From Bacteroidales bacterium (GTDB lineage: Bacteria; Bacteroidota; Bacteroidia; Bacteroidales; UBA932), in NCBI GenBank assembly GCA_017619655.1, contig JAFZRV010000012.1:2988-66987 (forward strand): a stretch of 64,000 nt of DNA. The letters are read 5' to 3'. Numbering within the stretch: the stretch's first letter is position 1; every line of letters begins with the position of its first letter. The notes beneath the pieces are model-generated. The model was not told where the DNA came from and searched no databases. It was given only the letters and a program-made list of their open reading frames with translations. The translations under genes and the position numbers were made by a program. Of the stretch, positions 55,030 to 64,000 are shown piece by piece.

Positions 55030-55800
55030 ATGATATCCGCTGAAACATTCCATATCTTCCTGCTGGTCATGGCCTTTCTGGCCGTCGTCGTCTTTGTCTC
55101 GCTCTTTTTCGTGGATGCGGGATACGGGAAGTTCTATACGCCGAAATGGGGCCCTTCGGTCGACAACCACCTGGGCTGGTTCCTGATGGAGGCGCCGGTA
55201 TTCGTGGCGATGCTGCTGCTCTGGTGGTTTTCCGACCGCCGTGCCGACAGCGTGCGCCTGGTTTTCCTGCTGCTCTTCGAACTGCACTATTTCCACCGCG
55301 CGTTCATCTTTCCCCTGCAGCTGCGGGGTCATGGCCGTATGCCGCTTTCCATCATCCTGATGGGCGTGGTCTTCAATACGCTGAATGCCTTCATGCAGGG
55401 CGGCTGGATCTTCTGGGTCTCGCCGCTGGATTACTATCCGTCCACCTGGCTGACGAGCCTGCCTTTCCTGGCCGGGACCTGCGTGTTCTTCACGGGCATG
55501 TATGTAAACATCCAGTCGGACCGTATCATCCGTCACCTGCGGAAGCCCGGCGATACGGCGCACTACCTGCCCAGGGGCGGGATGTTCCGCTACGTGACCA
55601 GCGCCAATTATTTCGGCGAGTTCCTGGAATGGGTGGGCTTCGCCATCCTGACCTGGTCCTGGGCCGGAGCGGTGTTCGCCCTGTGGACCTTTGCCAACCT
55701 GGCGCCGCGGGCCGCCCGGATCTACGAACTGTACCGCCACGATTTTCCCGACGAGCTGGACACGCACAAGGTCAAGCGCATCCTTCCTTTCATCTATTGA
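55030..55800 (+). CDS. 3-oxo-5-alpha-steroid 4-dehydrogenase (steroid 5-alpha-reductase, SRD5A-like) membrane protein
   Basis: The C-terminal segment GGMFRYVTSANYFGEFLEWVGFAILTWSWAGAVFALWTF closely resembles the eukaryotic SRD5A signature (GGLFEYVTAANYFGE...). It has about 6-7 TM helices. Confidence 0.8.
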   Translation: MISAETFHIFLLVMAFLAVVVFVSLFFVDAGYGKFYTPKWGPSVDNHLGWFLMEAPVFVAMLLLWWFSDRRADSVRLVFLLLFELHYFHRAFIFPLQLRGHGRMPLSIILMGVVFNTLNAFMQGGWIFWVSPLDYYPSTWLTSLPFLAGTCVFFTGMYVNIQSDRIIRHLRKPGDTAHYLPRGGMFRYVTSANYFGEFLEWVGFAILTWSWAGAVFALWTFANLAPRAARIYELYRHDFPDELDTHKVKRILPFIY

Positions 55801-55801
55801 T

Positions 55802-57052
55802 ATGGCTGACAAACAGATCAATTCTCCGGTCTTTACCCCCGTTACCCTGGGCCCGCTGACCCTGCGCAACCGGGTCATCCGCTCTTCCGCCTTCGAAAAC
55901 ATGGCCTACGGAAACCGCCCGTCGAAAGATTTGCGGGACTACCATGTGGCCGTGGCGCGGGGCGGCGTGGGCATGACCACGCTGGCCTACGCTTCCGTGA
56001 ACCGGAGCGGCCTTTCGTTCGACGGGCAGCTCTGGATGCGCGAGGAGATCGTGCCGGCGTTGCGGGAGATCACGGATGCGGTGCATGCCGAAGGCGCGAA
56101 ATGTTCCATCCAGCTGGGCCATTGCGGCAACATGACGCACCGGGCGACCTGCGGCTGCATGCCGGTAGGCCCTTCGAGCGGTTTCAATCTCTATTCGCCG
56201 ACCTTCGTGCGCGGCCTGAAAGTGTCGGAGCTCGATGCGCTGGTCGACGATTTCGGCCATGCGGTCGGCCTGGCGCGTGCGGCGGGCTTCGATTGCGTGG
56301 AGATCCATGCGGGGCACGGCTATCTCATCAGCCAGTTCCTTTCTCCCTACACCAACCATCGCCGGGACGAATACGGAGGGTCGCTGGAAAACCGCATGCG
56401 GTTGATGCGCCGGGTGATCACGCGGGTGCTGGAGGCGGCGGGCGACGACCTGGCCGTCATCGTGAAAATGAACATGTGGGACGGTTTTCGCCGCGGCATG
56501 CAGGAGCCCGAGTGCCTGGAAGTGGCCCGGGAACTCGAACGGCTGGGCGTGCACGCGATCGTGCTCTCGGCCGGTTTCGTGAGCAAGGCGCCGATGGAAG
56601 TGATGCGGGGTGCGATGCCCATCCGTACGCTGACGCACTATATGGACATGCGCAAGTTCTGGTGGCTCAAGGCCATGATCCGGCTCTTCGGCCGGGTGAT
56701 GATACCGACGGTACCTTACAGCGAGGGCTATTTCCTGGAGCGGGCGAAGCGCTTCCGCGCGGAACTGTCGCTGCCCCTGATCTACGTGGGCGGCCTGACT
56801 TCGCTCGCCAAGATGGAAGAAGTGCTGGCGGCGGGCTTCCAGGGTCTGCAGCTGGCCCGCGCGCTGATCCGCGACACGGATTTCGTCAACAAGCTGCACG
56901 CGGGCGAAATCGTCCGGAGCGACTGCCGCCATTCGAATTACTGCATCGGGCGGATGTATACCCTGGAAATGAAATGCAACCGCTGCGTGGCGGAGCTGCC
57001 GGCATCGCTGCGCCGCGAAGTGGAAAAAGCGGAGGAACGATGGTCGCATTGA
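55802..57052 (+). CDS. Old-yellow-enzyme-type NADH:flavin oxidoreductase (candidate 3-oxo-Delta4-steroid 5-beta-reductase)
   Basis: TIM-barrel OYE motifs (SIQLGHCG, VEIHAGHGYLISQFLSP, YVGG). It directly follows the 5-alpha-reductase gene. Confidence 0.75.
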   Translation: MADKQINSPVFTPVTLGPLTLRNRVIRSSAFENMAYGNRPSKDLRDYHVAVARGGVGMTTLAYASVNRSGLSFDGQLWMREEIVPALREITDAVHAEGAKCSIQLGHCGNMTHRATCGCMPVGPSSGFNLYSPTFVRGLKVSELDALVDDFGHAVGLARAAGFDCVEIHAGHGYLISQFLSPYTNHRRDEYGGSLENRMRLMRRVITRVLEAAGDDLAVIVKMNMWDGFRRGMQEPECLEVARELERLGVHAIVLSAGFVSKAPMEVMRGAMPIRTLTHYMDMRKFWWLKAMIRLFGRVMIPTVPYSEGYFLERAKRFRAELSLPLIYVGGLTSLAKMEEVLAAGFQGLQLARALIRDTDFVNKLHAGEIVRSDCRHSNYCIGRMYTLEMKCNRCVAELPASLRREVEKAEERWSH

Positions 57053-57807
57053 TCACGGGCGGCAGTTCCGGCATGGGACTGGAATTCGCGCGGCAGCTGG
57101 CGCTGCGGGGCTACGACCTGGTGCTGGTCAGCAACCGGGAGGAGGAGTTGTCGGCAGCGGCTGCGCAGTTGCGGGAGCAGGCCTCCGTCCGAATTCTCAC
57201 GCATACGCACGACCTGGCGCAGGCCGATTCGGCCGATACGCTTTGGGCCTGGTGCCGGGCAGAATCCCCGCTGCCGGACGTGTGGGTCAACGATGCCGGC
57301 ATGTTCTTCTTCAAGGAGCTGTCGCTGGAAGACCTGGACCGCGTGCAGGCGATGCTGCATCTGCATGTCCAGACCGTCACGCGGCTCTGCCTGCTGGTCG
57401 GTGCCGCGATGAAGGAGCGGGGGAGCGGCTATATCCTGAACGTTTCGTCGATGGCGGCCCGCCTGCCCGTGCCGGGCATTACGGTCTACAGTGCCACGAA
57501 AGCCTATCTTCGGAGTTTCGGCCGCTCTTACTCCTATGAACTGAATCCCTACGGCGTGGGCTTGACGACCGTCTGTCCGGCGGCTATCGCCACGCCGCTC
57601 TATAACCTGGACGAGCGCCTGATGCGGCTCGGCGTGAAGATGGGTGTCATTCGCACCCCGAAGTGGCTGGTTCGGCGGGCTTTGCGGGCCATGTTCCGCA
57701 AGCGACGCGTCGTCAGTCCTGCGCCGATGAACCTGTGGCTGCCCGCCCTGATCGGCCTGTTGCCCGGCCCTGTGATCGCCAGGCTCTGGAAAAAATGGAA
57801 ACGATGA
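57040..57807 (+). CDS. SDR-family oxidoreductase (candidate hydroxysteroid dehydrogenase I)
   Basis: TGGSSGMG, NDAG, and YSATKAY catalytic Tyr/Lys. It overlaps the upstream gene by 13 nt. Confidence 0.8.
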   Translation: MVALITGGSSGMGLEFARQLALRGYDLVLVSNREEELSAAAAQLREQASVRILTHTHDLAQADSADTLWAWCRAESPLPDVWVNDAGMFFFKELSLEDLDRVQAMLHLHVQTVTRLCLLVGAAMKERGSGYILNVSSMAARLPVPGITVYSATKAYLRSFGRSYSYELNPYGVGLTTVCPAAIATPLYNLDERLMRLGVKMGVIRTPKWLVRRALRAMFRKRRVVSPAPMNLWLPALIGLLPGPVIARLWKKWKR

Positions 57808-58616
57808 CGCCCTACGTCCTCATCACGGGCGCTTCGGGCGCCATGGGCGCCGCCGCAACGGAAGCGCTGGCCGCGGCGGGACAGCCCGTGTTGATGGCTG
57901 TCCGGAATCCGGAGAAAGCGGAAGCCGTCCGCAGCGGTATCCTCTCACGTGTGCCGCAGGCCGATCTGGCCATTGCGGAACTGGACCTGGCTTCGCTGGC
58001 CTCGGTCCGCCGCTTCGCCGCCGCCCTCGAGCCCGGCAGCGTCGCGGCCCTGTTCAACAATGCCGGGGTCATCGCGAAAAAGTATGCGCTCACCGAAGAC
58101 GGCTTCGAACAGTCCTTCGCGGTCAATTACTTCGGACCCTGGCTCCTGACGCGGCTGTTGCTGCCGAAGCTGGCGTCCGGGGCGCGCATCGTGAACATGG
58201 TGTCGCTGACCTGCAAGCTGGTGGACCTCGACGTTGCGGGGCTTCAGCCCGGCCCGGATGACTTCAGCCAGCTCGGCACCTACGCCCGCTCGAAGCGGGC
58301 CCTGCTCTCGTTCTCGCAGGAACTGGCGCGCCGGTATCCGGAATTCGCGGTCAACGTGGCCGATCCCGGCATCGTGGCTTCCAACATGATCGACCTCGGC
58401 CATTGGTATGACCCTCTGGCCGACGTGCTGTTCAAGCCTTTCTGCCGGCGGCCGGAAAAGGGCGTCCGGCCCGCGCTTCGCGCGCTGGAAGCAGGCGACG
58501 GCCCACGCTACTACGTGGGACGAAAAAACCGGGAGATACCCCGGTGTTTTCTCGACGCGTCCTTCGACGCGCGTCTCTGGGAAGCGACGGAAACGCTTAC
58601 CGGCGTTTCATCGTAG
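57795..58616 (+). CDS. SDR-family oxidoreductase (candidate hydroxysteroid dehydrogenase II)
   Basis: TGASGAMG, NNAG, and YARSKRA catalytic Tyr/Lys. It overlaps the upstream SDR by 13 nt. The alternative start is ATG 57804. Confidence 0.8.
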   Translation: METMTPYVLITGASGAMGAAATEALAAAGQPVLMAVRNPEKAEAVRSGILSRVPQADLAIAELDLASLASVRRFAAALEPGSVAALFNNAGVIAKKYALTEDGFEQSFAVNYFGPWLLTRLLLPKLASGARIVNMVSLTCKLVDLDVAGLQPGPDDFSQLGTYARSKRALLSFSQELARRYPEFAVNVADPGIVASNMIDLGHWYDPLADVLFKPFCRRPEKGVRPALRALEAGDGPRYYVGRKNREIPRCFLDASFDARLWEATETLTGVSS

Positions 58617-59301
58617 CCAGGTTCAAAACCAGATAATACGTAAGGATCAGGAAGATGCAGAGGCTCACGGTCACGTACCAGGGGCCCCGGATCTCGCGGA
58701 TGACGCAGGCGATGACCAGCACGACGCTGCCGACGATGAAGGCCTTGAGCTGTCCCGTCATCTTCTTGAGGGAGAACATCGGCAGCTCGCAGACCAGCAG
58801 GTAGGAAAAGACCGCCGAAAGCACGGGGATAAACCAGACCGTGCCCATGAGGGTGTGCAGGAAGCCGTCGGTGTAGAAGGAATAGACGGACAGGGGCGTG
58901 AGCAGCAGGGCGCAGCCCGACGTGGCCAGGCCGAGGAAACTGGTGGCCTGCCGGGTGTCGATGTTGAATTTGGCGAGCCGCATCGCCGAGGCGGCGGTCA
59001 GCACGAAGGGGAACCAGCGCAGGAAGGGAATGTCCGGCTGCGCGATGCCGTACCAGGAAAAGAGGCAGACGGCGGGACAGAGGCCGAAGCTCACCAGGTC
59101 GGCGAGGGAGTCCAGCTCCTTGCCGATCGGGGAATAGGCGTGCAGCGCCCGCGCCGAGAAGCCGTCGAAGAAATCGAAGAGTTCGGAAGCCATCAGGGTG
59201 ATCAGTACGGCCTGGAAATTACCCCGCACGGCAAAAACAACCCCTGTGCAACCCGAAAGGAGGTTGCACAGGGTGATCAGGTTCGGAATGTGTTTCTTCA
59301 T
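58597..59301 (-). CDS. pssA: CDP-diacylglycerol--serine O-phosphatidyltransferase (CDP-alcohol phosphatidyltransferase family)
   Basis: DGFSARALHAYSPIGKELDSLADLVSFG matches the D-G-x2-A-R-x8-G-x3-D-x3-D motif. The protein is polytopic. Confidence 0.85.
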   Translation of the reverse strand: MKKHIPNLITLCNLLSGCTGVVFAVRGNFQAVLITLMASELFDFFDGFSARALHAYSPIGKELDSLADLVSFGLCPAVCLFSWYGIAQPDIPFLRWFPFVLTAASAMRLAKFNIDTRQATSFLGLATSGCALLLTPLSVYSFYTDGFLHTLMGTVWFIPVLSAVFSYLLVCELPMFSLKKMTGQLKAFIVGSVVLVIACVIREIRGPWYVTVSLCIFLILTYYLVLNLATMKRR

Positions 59302-60419
59302 CAGAGACCGAGTTTCTTGCGGATGTCCTTCGGAATGGCATCCTTATGGACCATGATGCTGACGGTGCGCATCTGGAGGTAGGCCTTCGACATGAAGAGA
59401 TAGCCCTTCAGGTCGTTGTTCTCGCCCCAGGAATTCTTGGTCTTGTAGAAGTTGTTGCCGTTCTGGTCGGTGTACAGGCCGGTCAGATGCATCAGGTGGT
59501 CGTCGACGGTGCGGAAGGTCTCGAAGTCCTTCTGGCGGATCTCCTGCGTCACGACGCGGTCGGGGAAGACCTGCTCCAGTTTGACGGCTTCCTTGAATTC
59601 CTTCGGATCGGGGCAGATGGCGATGCCGCGGCCGTGCTGGAACTCACCGCTGGTCAAGTCGCCGTCCCAGGCCACGGTGTAGCCATGGGTCAGCGCGTTG
59701 TCGATGATGGCCATCAGTTCGTCCAGGGGCACGTTCCACAGCAGCGCGTGGTCCCAGTTGTCGGGGATTTCCAGCGGAACCTGCTGGTAGAACGGGTGGT
59801 GGCTGAAGCTGGTCAGCTCGATGTATTCGCTCATGTCGTCGAAGCCCAGCATCTTGGCGAAGCTCTTCGGGGTGTATTCCTTGCCGTCGTACCGGAAGGT
59901 CTCGGGCATCTCGCCCAGGTAAATGTCGAAGAGGCTCTTGATGAGCTTGTCGTATTCCGGGCTGAGCCGCTTGAGGTTCACCGACACGTCGGCGATGCCC
60001 TTCAGGTAGGCGGACAGCTCGCCGTGGTTGTGGCGCGGGGAGTCATAGTTGATGCCGGTGTAGACGCTCTCCGGCACGATGCCGTATTTCTGGACGGCCT
60101 GCGTGGCCATATGGGCGATCGAACCGGGGTTGATGTTGCCGTTGCCGCGGCGCAGGTAGTTGTCGAAGATGCGGTCGTTGTAGTTGTTGCGGACGACGAA
60201 CATCTCGGAGAGGTCGTACTCGCCTTTGCCCTGGCGGAGGAGTTCCGCTTCGAGGAAGGAGACCGTGGCGAAGCACCAGCAGGTGCCCGTGGCGGCCTGG
60301 TCCTTCACCGGCGTGACGGGGATGTCACGCACGGCCGTGAACTGGTAGATGGTCTGGTTCTGTGCAAAAGCAGCGGTGCACAAGACCGCTGCCAATGCCA
60401 AGGTGAAAAACCGTTTCAT
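59301..60419 (-). CDS. Secreted C1-family (papain-like, aminopeptidase C/bleomycin-hydrolase-like) cysteine peptidase
   Basis: Signal peptide MKRFFTLALAAVLCTAAFA, catalytic Cys context QAATGTCWCFA, and a later DDHLMHLTG His region. Confidence 0.8.
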   Translation of the reverse strand: MKRFFTLALAAVLCTAAFAQNQTIYQFTAVRDIPVTPVKDQAATGTCWCFATVSFLEAELLRQGKGEYDLSEMFVVRNNYNDRIFDNYLRRGNGNINPGSIAHMATQAVQKYGIVPESVYTGINYDSPRHNHGELSAYLKGIADVSVNLKRLSPEYDKLIKSLFDIYLGEMPETFRYDGKEYTPKSFAKMLGFDDMSEYIELTSFSHHPFYQQVPLEIPDNWDHALLWNVPLDELMAIIDNALTHGYTVAWDGDLTSGEFQHGRGIAICPDPKEFKEAVKLEQVFPDRVVTQEIRQKDFETFRTVDDHLMHLTGLYTDQNGNNFYKTKNSWGENNDLKGYLFMSKAYLQMRTVSIMVHKDAIPKDIRKKLGL

Positions 60420-61646
60420 TTATTTGATGCCGAGTTTCTTCTGGATATCTTTCGGGATGGCGTTCTTGTGGACCATGAAGTCCATGGTCTTGTAGCGCAC
60501 GTAGGCTTCCGACACGTACCAGAGGCCCTTGTACTTGCCGGTCTCGCCCCAGGAGTTCTTCACCATGTAGTACTTGGTGCCGTTCTGGTCCTTGGCGATG
60601 CCGTAGATCTGCATGCCGTGGTCATCGGTGGTGTTCTTCTCCTCATAGCCCTGCTGGCGGAGTTCCGGGGTGATGGTCAGTTCGGGGACCGGCTTGTTGA
60701 AGGTCGGACGCTGGCCTTGCGGGGCGGCGCCAACCCAGCGCGCCTGGTCGGAGCCGGCCTGCTGGGCCTGTTTCTGGATGGCGTCCATGTCGGGCACGAT
60801 GCCGATGCCGTCGCGGGTGAAGCCCGTCTCGCTCACGTCGGAGGCCCAGGCCACGGTGTAGCCGTTCTCCACGGCGTAGTCGATGATGGCCATCATGTCC
60901 TCGAGGGGAACGTTGTAGGCCTGCTCCCAGCGCCAGTTGTCGGCCACTTCCACGGGGTGCTTCTCATAGTAGGAGAGGTGCGTCCAGGAGGTGAAGTCAA
61001 GGTAGTCGTCCATATTGACGTTCAGGCTCTCGAAGTAGCTCTTCGGGGTGTATTCCTTGCCCTTGTAGGTGAATTTCTCCGGGATGGGGCCGAGGTAGGC
61101 GTCCAGGATGCCCTGGAAACCTTTGAGCCAGGCGGTGGAGAGCTTGCGGTTGGGGTTTTTCAGGATACCGTCCATGTAGCCTTTGAGGCCGGCGAGGAGC
61201 TCGCCGTGCATATGGCGGTCGGTGCCGTAGTTCAGGCCGGGCATCACCTCATTGGGGACGATGCCGTAGGTCTTGAGCACGGTGACGAGGTCGCCGAACG
61301 AGCTGCCCTGCGCGAAATTGAGGGCGCCGTCCACGCGGATGTATTTGACAGCCTTGTCGGCGTAGGCGTGGGACACGACGAACATCTCGGAAAGGTCGGG
61401 ATAATCGGCTTCTTTCAGCTTGTTGATGCGGATGGCTTCCGATTCGATGAACGAGAGGGACGAGAAGCACCAGCAGGTTCCGGTGCTGGCCTGGTTCTTC
61501 ACGGAGGTGATGGGGTTCTCCTTCACGACGGTGAATTTGAAGCCGTCTTTGTCTTCGGGTCTCGGGGGCATGGGGCCTCCCATCGGGGGCTGTGCGGTGG
61601 CGGCGATACTGATGAGCGCCAGGGCGAAAAGAAGGATTTTCTTCAT
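60420..61646 (-). CDS. Secreted C1-family cysteine peptidase, tandem paralog
   Basis: Start MKKILLFALALISIAATA, catalytic Cys context QASTGTCWCFS, and DDHGMQIYG His region. A TATATTTG box lies upstream (plus-strand caaatata at 61686..61693). Confidence 0.8.
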   Translation of the reverse strand: MKKILLFALALISIAATAQPPMGGPMPPRPEDKDGFKFTVVKENPITSVKNQASTGTCWCFSSLSFIESEAIRINKLKEADYPDLSEMFVVSHAYADKAVKYIRVDGALNFAQGSSFGDLVTVLKTYGIVPNEVMPGLNYGTDRHMHGELLAGLKGYMDGILKNPNRKLSTAWLKGFQGILDAYLGPIPEKFTYKGKEYTPKSYFESLNVNMDDYLDFTSWTHLSYYEKHPVEVADNWRWEQAYNVPLEDMMAIIDYAVENGYTVAWASDVSETGFTRDGIGIVPDMDAIQKQAQQAGSDQARWVGAAPQGQRPTFNKPVPELTITPELRQQGYEEKNTTDDHGMQIYGIAKDQNGTKYYMVKNSWGETGKYKGLWYVSEAYVRYKTMDFMVHKNAIPKDIQKKLGIK

Positions 61647-61808
61647 ATCGGAAATGGTTTTGATGAATTGTCTGTTTCCAATCCACAAATATAAGAAAAC
61701 GCATTGAGAAAAGCAAGACTGACAATTTGTCATAAAAATATCATTGGTCGCTTTTTTGATTGTCCATCGGCGGGCTTTGCAGAAATGGACGAGGATGCTT
61801 AGGGCGTC

Positions 61809-61874
61809 GCAGCGGGTGGTGTTCGGCGCAGCGACCTTTTTTCGGGAGCAAGACGAACACCAGAGCAGCAGAGC
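61809..61874 (-). repeat. Palindromic repeat family, copy C (intergenic, upstream of clpB)
   Basis: The reverse complement gctctgctgctctggtgttcgtcttgctcccgaaaaaaggtcgctgcgccgaacaccacccgctgc aligns with copies A and B. The inner stem ggtgttcg/cgaacacc is perfect. Confidence 0.7.
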
Positions 61875-61906
61875 CCGCGAACAAGAAATAAAAAGGAGGA
61901 TAACAT

Positions 61907-63958
<2,052 letters not shown>

Positions 63959-64000
63959 CGGCTTAAGAATCTTTAGCTTGGAATTTCAACCGTTTTTGTA

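Noticed and set aside
59346-61694. 782-aa plus-strand ORF spanning both C1 peptidase genes
   Set aside because: It is antisense to two genes with clear catalytic motifs and signal peptides. The translation is repetitive (V, G, A, D, H). Artefact of composition.

Overview
This 64 kb window looks like a high-GC Bacteroidota chromosome, probably Bacteroidales and perhaps Alistipes/Rikenellaceae-like. That placement is an inference from three things: many TAnnTTTG -7 promoter boxes, many lipobox lipoproteins and TonB-dependent receptors, and the gene content. Strong Shine-Dalgarno sites are mostly absent. Long ORFs antisense to real genes are common and I treat them as GC artefacts.

Layout:
- 1..9.5 kb: a more AT-rich, heterogeneous accessory block. 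It holds a frameshifted metallophosphoesterase, an XRE-HTH gene, one truncated and one intact AbiEi/AbiEii module, a five-gene envelope operon and an SDR. It ends at tRNA-Arg(ACG), which follows rplS.
- 10..26 kb: housekeeping and glycan genes. These are a CBM9-like gene with an in-frame TAG, ppdK, a DUF368 gene, a MacAB-TolC-like efflux operon, GH20, lipoproteins, tRNA-Arg(TCT), an EEP nuclease/phosphatase, a GH63-like hydrolase and a NUDIX gene.
- 26..53.6 kb: a large cobalamin region. It has two cobalamin riboswitches, each leading a TonB-dependent receptor plus a lipoprotein. It also has cbiA, a BtuFCD-like ABC importer, a DASS transporter and two exported CbiK homologues. The biosynthetic operon runs PduO-type adenosyltransferase, cobQ, cobD, cbiB, then the fusions cbiHC, cbiET, cbiGF and cbiJD. 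cobC-cobS and cobU-cobT follow.
- 53.6..58.6 kb: cls followed by a steroid 5-alpha-reductase / OYE flavin reductase / two-SDR cluster. This resembles the Bacteroidales isoallo-bile-acid cluster.
- 58.6..64 kb: pssA, two tandem secreted C1 peptidases, and a ClpB that lacks the N-terminal domain.

The most unusual signal is a roughly 70-nt structured palindromic repeat family with four copies. Three of the copies sit in frame inside cobalamin genes, and one of those has an 8-bp flanking direct repeat. The stems show compensatory base changes between copies. This is reminiscent of Rickettsia palindromic elements.
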